NCBI GenBank assembly: GCA_036172245.1
Contig: JAYWIR010000029.1
Location: 992,001 to 1,056,000 of the forward strand
DNA: 64,000 nt
DNA from: Raillietiella orientalis
Taxonomy: Eukaryota
Direction of reading: 5' to 3'
Under the pieces are notes generated by a model that saw only the letters and a program-made list of their open reading frames with translations, was not told the DNA's origin and ran no database searches. The position numbers and the translations under genes are program-made. The stretch's first letter is position 1. Each line of letters opens with the position of its first letter. This document shows positions 52,501 to 64,000 of this stretch, piece after piece.

Positions 52501-55500
52501 TAATTCGTTCGAGTATGGTACAAAATAATTATACGCAGCACAACGATAATATTATGCTATTCTCAGTTTTTCAGAGAGTCACCTCTCTAAAAAGCCGAGA
52601 ATCGTCAGACGATAAAAACACAATTTTGTTTCCTGTCGTTGCTAAGAACGTAAGCGCATGCGTCCGTCTCAAACATGGACAGTGTTCACTCGTGTCGCAA
52701 GTATAAGGTAAAAGCATTTGCCAGACGCATAGATGCGTCCATAGCACTAAAAGGGTTAATTTGCTTTTTGTGTGTGTGGTTTCTTCGTTGTTTCCACTTC
52801 TCACACCTTGAGCGTGATAAATTACGTGGATTCCTGAGGCAGGAACACGTTTCCTTGGTTTCCAGCGAAGGGTGCGAGAGATCACTTGCGTGGCCTTCAG
52901 CTGAAACTGCTGAATACAAAAGTGAGGATCTTCGATTCTTATTCAGAAGAAAGAGATCACGCGCCTGCGATCCCAACCTGCTGAAAGAGACGGAAACACG
53001 TTTCACCACGATTACGAGCATAGAGGAGTAGTTCCTGACTAGGGGTGAATGAGGGCAGCAGCAGCACCGTGCACACTATGTTTACTTGCAGACGCGTTCA
53101 TAGATCGTGCGCATGTCCCCGAAATGTGGACATGGGAGAAGAAACAAGTATTCGCTCCCGCATTCATCCAGCCGTGGGTGCCAGGGGTCATCCCGGTCTA
53201 CCCTCGTCGGAGGAATGGTTTCGAGATCACGATCGAACGTTGGCGCACCTGTGTTAATGCATGTGGATTCCGTACTGTTCTGAAATATGCACGGAACTCT
53301 CCCAGGTTATAAATAGTGTGCATGAACAGGCAGCAAGCATTCTTGAGTTTGGGCACACCGCCGCTCGCCCACGTTTCCTCCTGGTGACATTAGCCGTGGT
53401 TGCCACTGACTACTGATCTGACCTGCGGATGTGTCGCCACCAGGTCGTTCCATACCGATAACCTGGAGGCCTGCTGCCCCTCCCGAATCTACGTTCCCTC
53501 CTTTTTCTTCGCGGACTCCAGCTCGGCGTCGCCGGCGCCACAATGACCGCGCCGGGAGCACCTGTTGCTCGAACGTCTTTTTTTCGTCCATGGGCGTCAC
53601 TCCTCCTCTTTCCTAGGGAACACTCTCCGAAGCTCAATAGGCTGTGGGAGGGAGCACCTCGTCCTCTTGCGGTATCCAATGAGTACGGCTCCGGGTCCGG
53701 GATGTCTCCTGAGCCAGGACGGAAGGGTCTCTCTCCCGCTTCCTTTCTTTCCCCCCCCTTCTTCATCCCCGTCCGACGTGCTCTCACCCACGCCTTCTTG
53801 CCCCCTCTCCGCAGGACGCGCTGCCCCGATCAGACGAGGGGAATCCTCACATTCCCGCGTGCTTGCAGGCTTCAACGGCGAGCTGACGAACTGGTTGGAC
53901 GGAAGCACCATCCTTCAGAAGACCCACGCCATCTCTCCGGAGCAGCACGCCAGGGACGTCCCCATCAACGACACTCGGTGCATATTTCTGTTGCGCAGCC
54001 CCTTCGAGGCCATCATCAGCCAGCACAACTACATGTTCTCCGGGCATCTGGGCTTCGCCTCCGTCATGCATTTCTTGCGCCGAGGTCAGTGCTAGGTGGT
54101 CGTGCTCCTTCCTTCGCTCGCTCCTCTCTGCCCTCCCCTTCCTAAGTGCGGAAGGCTCCCAGGAATAGACGGTACGGGGCTACTGTTGGCCCTTTGACTC
54201 ACGCGATGTGCGCTCCCTTTCTTCCTTTGGGGGGAGATGCTTGCCTCCCGTGATGGATGGATGTCCCTCACTCCCACCCTCTGCTGACCTCGTAGCTGTC
54301 TTCCCCACCCTCTTTCCTCTTCCTTCTACGCTTCCTGAACCCGTTCCCTTGCTTCCGTGGACATTATTCCTCCATTTCCTCCCTTGCGAGGATACGTCAG
54401 TGGATGCGATCTTGGCCCCCAGGGGAGCATCCGTGACCTCTCTTCCTGCCACTTCCACCAGCCTCGTTTTGTCCCCGCGAGCCGGCCCCAGAGAGAGCAA
54501 GGGAGCCCTTGGACAGAGGGATGAGCTCCATCGCGCTCCCACCCGAGAGAGTTCCGGGATGTTGGGAGAATGGGAGAGTAGGGAAAGAGCTCCTCCGTGC
54601 TTCGCGTGCGGTGCTTCGGAAGATGGTGGCGGCAAGATCGCTCCCTGTTCGATGCTCGTACCGACTCCCTGTAGGGAGGTTTTCTGGAGGCACAGGCGAC
54701 TTCTGGAAGGAGGGACGTCGGGAGACGAGGAAGTGGGGTGGGGGAGACCTCTGTCTCCATCTCGACTTCGCCTGGCTGGCTCGCCTTCTCACCTTTTCTT
54801 TCGCCGTCCTCCTCCCCTGAACCGAGGTCAGATGCGCCCTTCTTTCCACCGGGAATCTAGGGGAGCTCCGCTCGCACGTTGGAGAGGCGGCTCCTAAACC
54901 GAAAAGCCTGCTTCCAGGGGAGCCACGTGCTCTCGTCTCGGTGCGATTGCAGGGCTAAGGGTTCCCAGGCTCTGCCTCCGGCGTCACGCGCGGGGAAGTC
55001 TCCTCCCGGCAAGAGAAGCGCGGCCTCGATCTATCGCCCTCCTAGGGCAGCCTTCTCTGCCACGCACGGAACCCCACTACACCTCACCCAATGGCTGTTC
55101 GACGCTCGACTGGGCGGCGTCTGCACAGCACAGCACAGCGCGACGGGTCCATCCGATGCGATGTAGACGATGAGAGAAGATTCACGCGACACAGCAGTAT
55201 TCCAGCTGTTGCTTAAGCATGGTGTGCACTGGTCCGACATCGGAGCGGTCATCGGGTCGACCCCCCCTTTTAATTTGCCCTCCTCGCTGCGGTTCGCTGC
55301 GTGCGTGCGTTGATTCCTTCTTCGCTTCTTCCCTCTCTACCAGCCGATACCATACGAAGTGTTCACTGCTTCACCCCCACTTCCCCTCCCCATCAAGCCA
55401 GGGAACGCGGACGACTTTCTGCGCCGGAGCTTTAAAAAACCACGGCGTGCCATGGACGGCATCAGCGATACCCCGCGAAATGACGCCTTCCAGGGCACTT

Positions 55501-57590
55501 CGGCTCACTTTTCCCCAAGGGACAATGGGGAAGGCGGGAAGAGGGTCCCTGGAAGAACCTGGACAGGTTGGGTACGAGGCCAGGATTTTGATTCCAGACT
55601 GGGAGACTTTCGTCCGGGTCCAGGTGAAGTACTGGCTCGACACCGCGTCACAGTGGCTGCAGGCGATCCCGCGCAAGAACATGTTGGTGATCCATTACGA
55701 GCACATGAAGGAAGATCCCAGTAAGATAATTCTCCAGGTGGTGAGGTTCCTGAAGGTGTCCGTGGAAAAGAGGCGTCTGGAGTGCCTCCAGGTGAGATGA
55801 CTCGAAGCCATCTCTCTGTCGAGAGAGGGACAAGGGGACGCTCCCGCGCTCAATTGCTCCCGTGATGCTGCGCGACTCCGCATCCCCGCGGCAGGCGCAG
55901 TCTCGCGGGATGTCGCGGATCACATCCTTCCTGCTTGAGGCGCGACCACGCAGCCGAGAAGGATGGCCAGCAGGAGGGAAAGCTGTGCTCCAGTCGTCTC
56001 ACTGGCAGGTGGCTTCCGCGGCATCGCCACTATGCATTCTTTCCTGTTTTCGCTTCCCGGGATCGCTGGCTCGTGAGGGAGTCGCTGGGAAGCGCTTCCA
56101 TGGGAAGGAGAGGAAGGGTGAGCTGGTCTGCATTCGCCGCGAAGGCTCGGAACTTGCAGTCCCCAGAGAGAATGCTCCGTGTTATCCTTTGGATGCTCAG
56201 GGTGCCCCGTCCCTTGAACACAGGGAAGAGAGGGATAAAAGGAAGGACAGGAGTGCAGGAGGAGCAAGAGAAAAGGGAGAGTAGGGAGAGTCCGGCATAC
56301 CCTGCCGCTTTCTGGAGTGTGGGCCACCAAGGTCCTGACAGGGTCTCCGGATTCCTGCTCCGAATTCGATATCTCATCTTGAGGGAGTGATCATCGGGTT
56401 GACTGACTCCCAGGTGTTCAGGTACCCGCGGAAAGGTAGCTCTCGAGAACTCATTCTGGTGTCATGCGGCACTTCTTTCTCCCTCAGACCTATCCAAGGG
56501 ATCGTGGGGTCGTGTTCCAAAGCTTCCCATTTCTTCCGCAGCTTGACTTGCTTTTAAAAAGAGGAAACCATCGTTTATTCTTATCCTTCTTCGTTTTCTT
56601 TTTTTTTTTTTAAGGAAGGGGAGGGAGATGATGGAATGGCGGTTTCCTGTCTACGGAACTACCTCGGCTCCATGCTATGGATGCGATCGCTCGACTGACC
56701 ACAGTGTACCGTAGGCACGCTGATCTCTGAGTAGTTCCCTCTTATCTTCCTTCCGCTTCTCCGTGTGGTCTTAAACCCTTCCGGCCCCCTCAGACCCTAG
56801 CCCTTGTCTTCTCTCCGGTGCTTCGCTCTTCTTCTGCTAGCCCTACATCTCTTTGCAGCGGGGGAGGGAAGTCAACCCCAACGGATGGCTCCTTGCTACG
56901 TCAGAAGCGAGATTTTCCTGCTTCTCCAGGATTTGGGGGCCGCTCGGAATTGCTGTTCGCACAAGACGTGGACGCGACGACTCGAGAGCCAGCGGTCGCT
57001 TCGCTTGCTGACTTGCTCCGGGCAGTTCGGAGGTCAAATTCCGCACTTGCAGAGTTGGTTCTGGGGAGCGTTTCCGCTGTTCTCCGTGCACGACCTTCAA
57101 CTCCACGCGCATGTCCTTTTGGGGGTGAAAGGGATGGAAATGCGAGTGGGAAGGATGATGGGGGCACTTGGCTGGCCCTCTCTGCCAAGGTTGACCCGGA
57201 GTTCACCCTCAGGAACACCTCCAGTGGCAGTTCTTCCGACCCAAGCAAGTCTTCCCGCCGGTCGTTTTCTCGCAGAGGTCGCTCATCCTCATAGCGAAGG
57301 TGATAGCCCGCTTGAACGAGAAGCTGAGATCCAAAGGATACCCCTGGATCCCCTACGAGACTTACGATAAGAAATGGGAGGAGAGGAGGACTCACAGGTG
57401 TTCGGTCAACGTGACCGAGGAAGAATGCTACTCCCAGGTGGACGACCTAAACAGCCGCATCATGATCGACTCCGGAATCAACCGGCTGCTTCCGCCGAAG
57501 TACTTCTTCATGAGCAACAGGATGATGATCAACTCCCTGTTCCGGTCCCTTCTGAAAAAGATGAAGGAGAAGAAGAGCACTAAGTCCTGA
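49551..57590 (+). CDS. WSCD-family (sulfotransferase-fold) type II membrane protein; exons about 49551-49738, 50385-50474, 52063-52206, 53869-54084, 55598-55791, 57213-57590
   Basis: N-terminal TM segment ([22 protein letters not shown]); PAPS-binding [71 protein letters not shown] boundaries in consistent phase. Confidence 0.85.
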
Positions 57591-60500
57591 GGGATCGGAG
57601 AGGGAGGAGGATGAAAGAGTATCCAAGGCTTTCGCAGGAAAGTTAGCCAGAGGTGGCTCCGTCCGAGGCGGTCGAGGGAGGAGCAGAGAGGAGGGTCACG
57701 AAAAGCTGTGCCCGCGAACCAGAAAGAGCTCGCCCCGCCGCCGGATGCAGAGAGGGCGCCGGCGGCTTTGCTCCGGAGCAGAGCGCGCATGACTCCTCTC
57801 TTGATCAGAGAGAAATAAAGGAGGTGGTAGAGGAGGAGGAGGTGAGAGATAAGGGAAAGGGCAGAAGGTCCACCCTCCTGCAGTTACCGCATTTTGCTCC
57901 ACGGTCCTCCTACCCCGGAATATGAGCGGACAATGCGGTCGCTCCCTTCCTTTACTCTTTCCTCATCCTTTTTCACCCTTTCCCATTACACCCTGTATTG
58001 CCCTCATTCCTTGCCTCACTTGCCGTCATGTCTGAGCCTCCCTCGATGTTGAATGGATCCACACTCTCCAGCAAGGAAGAACCACATCAGCCTCATTCCG
58101 CCAAGAGCGGAAGGAGCCTCCACGCCACTAATTACCACCAGAACGATAGTCGAGCCACCTACAACTGCATTTATGAAAGAGGTGACCAACTACACCGGAA
58201 CATGCCACGGCTACACTTCCCACCCTCCAGGAAACATGCCCCCCGCAGCAAAAAACAGACGATCGCATCCTGCAATCTGCCACCTACCAATGCCACGATG
58301 GTGCCGTGTCCAAGCGGTTTCATTCCCGCCAACGACGTGGTTTGGATGACTTCTCGAGCAACGAGGCACCACGAAAACCTCTGCAAGAATCCCCCCCCTC
58401 TTCCCTATTCCTCATGCATCTTACGCATTTCCGCGACCCCTGTGTAAGTTGCGTAACCTCTATTAGCGGATTTGTACACTTTGTGCATAACAAAGAAAAT
58501 TGACTTTATGTAGGCGGAAATCCACAAACTCAAATCCACTTCATGTAATTCTTGGTCCACACACATGCCACCTACAAGGATATTCCTGAGAATAATCAGC
58601 AATTGCGATTTTTGAGTACGATGAAAGTTATACCTATACCGCAGATAATCTGTAGAGTGTGATGAGAATAGAATTTCTGGAAAAACACAAGGAGATTTCA
58701 CATATTTTTCCGTTCATGAAGAATCCTTTTGTCAGAGAAGAAGGTTAAGTCTGGATAAACTGGCAAACGCTAAGTACAAAATAAAGACAGTCAGTTTTAA
58801 CACAGTATTAAGCAAGAAATCCTTTGCTTTCACTCTCCAAAGCATTAGATTCAAGTTGGTTTTCGATAACTTCCGTATGGGTTTTGAGGAGTCCAAGATC
58901 CCTTGAAAGCCAAAGAAAAATTAAATAAGAAAGAAAGATTTTCTGACTAATCAGTTTTTTCGAAAATTTTCCTCAACGAGTTACCTTCCGATATTTTTCC
59001 TTTGGGAGTACAGATAAGATCTTTTTAGCACCTCAGTTGCTCTTTCGAAAGTTGAATTTGGATATTTTGGTACTCGGAAACTTCATGCGAAAGCTGACGA
59101 ATTTCGAATTCAAACACTGCATTCACACGAGCTAAAGCTTCCATTTATCTCAATGCCCCTGTTGCAAATTCCTGTTTGAAATTTCCAATTGAAATAGCTC
59201 CATCCTCGCATCCTCGACGAACGCCGTGCTGTGCATCCACATATCAGTTAGCAATTTTGTTCTCTCGGTTATGGTGAAAGCAAACCGCCGTGATGCCACG
59301 CTCCAATCTAAGACATAAACGCTAAAAAAAATTCAAACGCACGTACATCACTTCATTCCGGCATTTTGTTTTTAGTTTAGGAACGCTTGTTTTCTCATCC
59401 TTAAATCCGGAGCCTTTTAGAAACAGGAACAGAATGATCATGGAACCATATTTGAGGCTACGAGTGCCTTTTATTTAAACAGAAATTGTTACTGTAACAA
59501 AATTTATTATTTGTTAGGTTTTTATTTTCATTGCGCTGAACAGGAATTTAGTTCTGCCTGCTTTTATTTGAATAGATTGAACTTTTTATTATGTAAGTTT
59601 TGAGAATAATCGTGGAAAGGATACTCAGACATCGTAAGTCAAGGGTCTGATTAAAATTAACTTCAATAAGAATCCTCAGCGCTAATAAGAGGCATCATGG
59701 AATTCTTTCTATTTGAGTTTCTCTTCATTCTTGATGCTAAGAGTAAACCAAAATTCTAATCAGTTTTGCGACAATTCTCGGTTCAGGGTTATTTTCAAAG
59801 CTAAAATTATAGTTCATTTATTCGCCTTCAGCTTAACCAGGATTATTTTCTAAGTAATAGTTTGTTATTTTCGACATTCCCATCATAGTACTAACGATTA
59901 TTCCAATCATAGATTCCTCTAAATCGCTTCTTCTTATTCAAATTAGAATTATTTCATAGTGTTCATAAATTTTTCTGCTTCTTCTCTGCCAGCGACTGAA
60001 GAATTGCAATTTTATGTCTAGAAACTGGAACTAAAAATTGACTGAACTGTAAAGGCTATTTTGTATTCCTACTGCTTGCTATCATGCATGAATGGATGGA
60101 AAACAAAAAAATAAATCGATTGAACTTTAGAAATTATTACTTCTTTAATTACCTGCTTAACAGTTTTGAGAAGGACTTTTAAATTTGTATATCCATCAGT
60201 GCATAATATTAGTAACCTTAATTTTTTCCTGAATGGATCAAGAGTTCAAGACTTGTCATAGTCGTTTTTAATGCCATTAAGGAGTAGGATAGAAACACTT
60301 AGAGCAGACCACTCCCGAAACAACAAAAATCAAGTAGACAGGAGCCTAGAAACAAGCAAATGCAGCAGATTATGCCAATAAAGCAAACACTTACTGAGCG
60401 ACACGTTTATGATAAATTGCAGATTATCCTATTGGAGAGTAGTAAATTTCATATAATGCAAAGTGCATCTGAGAAAATCATGTTTCAAAAAGCTAAGGAT

Positions 60501-61242
60501 CCATAAAAGGAGAATAAGAAAATAATGATATTGCTATTCATAACCACTCTGCAATAATCAGCCATGAAATTAACTGTCCATAATTCAGGAAGCAACCTAC
60601 ACCATGATTAAAATCCTCAGGTGATAATAGACTGGACTGATGACATTAAGTAGCTTGCAGTTTAATAATACCTAATTGGAATCTTAAAAAGACTACAAAA
60701 ATCATATAATGATTCTGTATTCCATAGAGTTCTTTAAAATGTTGTTTCCAACAGAGACAACAGCTTTTACTTTTTTCGAAAGAAAAGTATAAAGTAGAGT
60801 TAAAATGAGTTCTGTTATTTTTTCATTAACTCGTATTATCACTGGTCCGCATCGGTTTTATGCATCATAATAGGTGATATCATCTATTCTTTTAAAAGTT
60901 ATTCCTAATATGTATTCCTAATATCGAGAAGTAGTTTAAAACTGAAATCTTCACACACAAAGAGGGAACGCAGTGTGCACTCCTTACCTGGGAAACTTTT
61001 ACTTGCGCAATACCTCGCAGAGGAGGGGGAAGAGAAGGGGGGGGGGACATTCTCCTTTCGCGTCCCGCGAATATTGAAAAACGTGAGCCTGCTGTGTGCT
61101 TAACTGTTTTTTATTTAAATTTTCGTCATGGGTAATTTCTCATACTCTCCTACATGACATATACATTTGAACTCACGTTGCATGCAAAAGTCAACGTGCC
61201 CCGAATTCTTTCCTTCGAATTCACCAGTTTAATTGCAAAAAA

Positions 61243-64000
61243 ATGTTGTCTGTGCGAGTTGTGGATATTGATTATTATATGGCAACCCCAAATAAGGAAC
61301 TGGATTTCTGCTATTCTGAATTTCGTGGGTCAGAAGTGCATAAAGTACCAATTCTGAGAATTTTCGGCCCCACTTCAACTGGTATGCTATAGAATAAAGT
61401 TTTGTGTTCTTATCCAGCAGATCGAAAATACTGAGGAGACGACTTTAATTGATCGAAATTGGGATTCACACTTATTGTTTGCGTGGTTGTTCCATTTGTT
61501 TTGTTTTTTCCCTATCCTCCAGAATGTCCTCAAGTAATTTCATAGAGTAGTAGTTTCATAAAAGTGTGATGAAATAAGTATATGACCTGATAAAAAGACA
61601 CATTAGTTGCTGCTACTGGATCATTTATAAATTAGCAAAATTGGGGCTGGGTTGAAGTTTGTCATTGGCCATTATGGTTACTATTTCGTATTTCAGGTCA
61701 AAAGACCTGTCTGCATCTTCATGGAGTATTTCCATACATTTATCTCCCTCAGCATAATGTTCACCTTGCTGGAGATGCAAAATATATTTTAGCCAATGCA
61801 TTAGATAATGCCATAAATGTTTCTAAAGGGAGTGCAACAGCATCTACTCAACATGTTTTCAAGATTTCTTCTGTCTCAGGAATGTAAGAAATTGATAAAT
61901 ACAAGAAATAAGACTGAAGAAATTAAGTCTGGAATGGGGAAGTTAATATGGATTTAAATATTGTTTGATGTATTAGGAAAGCGAGACATCCCTACCCACC
62001 CCCAACTATAACCTAGTCCTGTTTTTAACATGCAACTTTGTATTAATTTCGTTTCGTATTAGTTGAAATTTAGTATCAAAAGTTGTATCAACTTTTAGCT
62101 GATTGTTACTAGAATTCTCAAAAACTTTGTTTTTTAGACCTATTTATGGCTACTATGCAGAAGAATGTATATTCTACAAGATTTATTTTTACAATCCGTC
62201 AATATTAGGCCAGGCAGTAGACTTATTGCAGGTTAGTAAGGTTTAAACCAGGAAAGTGGAAGTAATTCTTTCAAAAGAATGGTTCTGTGCTTGGTCATGC
62301 ATTCCAGCCATTTGAAGCTCATATTTCGTATACAATGCAGTTTTTCTTGGATTATCATATTTATGGAATGAACTTCATTCATCTTTCACAGTGCAAGTTT
62401 CGAAGAAAAAAACTGACATTGGTAAGATATAGACAGTATCTGCTCGGTAGTTATACATATTTCCAATTTGTGATGTTCGTGCAGTCAGGTTGTGAATCCT
62501 CTATGATTTTCAATGGTCGTCCAATTCTTGAAGAAGAACTTATGGCCCCTGATGTGCTTCCTCAGTCAGTTTGTGAGCTGGAAATAGATGCATTATCAGA
62601 ACACATCATAAATTGCAAATCTGATTGTGGAAATTTAGAAGCAGATCCAAAACAGTGGTCTAAAAATCCTGGAATTCAGGCCTTCTGGATGGAAGAGCTG
62701 CAAAGAAGGCATGAAGAAGGAAAAGATTCTCAGTTTACTCCACAGTTGTCTGAAGCTAGAAATGTTGTGTGCTCAGTTCATGAGCAGCAGCATCTTGAAA
62801 TGCTTCATCAAAAGATAGATGAATTAAACACTGGTTTGCCTGATTCCTCAGCTGCAGAAGAGCAAATTTTGTTTGCTTCTCAGATTCCTGTTCAGAAGAG
62901 CTTAGAGATCATATGCCTTCCTGCTAATATGTCTAAACTCAGTTTGTCAGCAAGAGACAACTCCATAGTTTCCTTAAATGAATCTGAGAATGATGCATGT
63001 ATGTTTCTTCTGCAGTTCTTGCCTGAAATCACAAAAAACCTTATATAGTTAATACCCAAGATGAAGAAGTTGTGGAAATGCTGATGAAGTTGTCCCAACA
63101 TCCATTATTGGAAGATTTGGAAGAAAACAGCAGCCTACTTAATCCTGAATATCAATTTGCTGATTTATCTGGAATAGTGGATCAAGAAGATGAAAAGTAA
63201 GCATATCCAAGAAATGTCTTATATGGATGATTTGAAAGTTCGGATGGAGAGGCTGAGCTCAGTTGGCAAGATTCTTGGTGGGAGGATATTGATGTGACTG
63301 AGATCCCCCAGTTGGATGGACAGGATGAAGTTGAGAATTTGGTATGATGATAAATGTAATGAATCCATTGTTGATATTGAATAGATGATTGGGAAGCATC
63401 AACCTCATAATAGGTCCAGGATTCTTTCATCCCACAGTCTTAGATCACGCTCTCAGCATTCTGATTCTACTTCAAGAACAAATCCTTTTGTTAGAGTAAA
63501 CCGTCTTAGTGTGCACCACATTCAAGTTCTGTGTCGGGAGTTGGGATTACGACTTCCTGTGAATTTGCATCACCAACTAAGGGATACAACAACTGTGCCT
63601 CCTGTCTACTCTGATGGGGTGTCTGGAAAATATCAAGATATTCAGAAGTTGGTGGGAAAACCATGCTGAAAGGAACTCTAAACCGAGCCAGCGTTTATTC
63701 ACAGAAAAAAGCTCAGGAAACAAAAGCTGGAACTAGGTATCAGCCCTTAAGTGTCAGTGTACTCAGAAGTCCTGCAAAACAGCGGCGAAAATTATCTGAC
63801 ATCCATAAAAAAGATACAGATTCTACATGGAATAGGTTTTCATCCCCTGATAGTAATCAGAAAGTCGAATCACTGATTCCCTCATGGTTCCAATCTTCCT
63901 TTGAGATGTTAAATGCAGTTGAGGGAGTTTCTAGTCAATCTTCGAGCAGTTGTCTGCCGAAGCCATGCAATTCTGCGTCTTTCTTGGGTAGGCATCAATG
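61243..64000 (+). CDS. REV3L: DNA polymerase zeta catalytic subunit, 5' part (truncated by the window end)
   Basis: Exon 1 (61243-61381) MLSVRVVDIDYYMATP..KVPILRIFGPTST; GQKTCLHLHGVFPYIY; PIYGYY..FYKIYFYNP; FQPFEAHISYTMQFFLDYHIYGMNFI; SVCELEID; NPGIQAFWMEE; IPQLDG. Confidence 0.93.

Noticed and set aside
53300..58450. Many overlapping ORFs of 100-230 aa on both strands
   Set aside because: Expected from high GC content; only the spliced WSCD exons carry recognisable motifs
63540..63670. Apparent frame break in REV3L (stop at 63669, with another frame open to the window end)
   Set aside because: A small intron could resolve it; it cannot be called a frameshift or pseudogene without transcripts

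Overview
Eukaryotic (animal, probably arthropod) genomic DNA; no prokaryotic features. There are eight intron-containing protein genes: RFK (+), mRpL9 (-), DPP9-like (-), DDX49/Dbp8 (+), rhotekin-like (+), ECSIT (-), a WSCD-family sulfotransferase (+) and the 5' part of REV3L (+, runs off the window). Introns are either tiny (about 42-55 nt) or kilobase-sized. Between the divergent DPP9 and DDX49 genes lies a ~12.5 kb transposon cluster with two decayed L1/Tx1-clade non-LTR retroelements and a decayed Hsmar1-like mariner. Main observations: (1) the mariner is split by a 1.66 kb insert carrying a ~900 nt GC-rich non-coding island, built from about 11 tandem hairpin modules with a covarying GRAG/GCTYC base; (2) DPP9 and mRpL9 are co-oriented 99 nt apart, with a polyA signal and a TTTTCAG acceptor directly before the mRpL9 ATG, which looks operon/trans-splicing-like; (3) a 3'-truncated U6 snRNA copy with a target-site duplication sits inside a retroelement; (4) an orphan Sin3A coding fragment sits in a rhotekin intron. 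All family calls come from motif recognition by eye, not database searches, and exon boundaries are manual.
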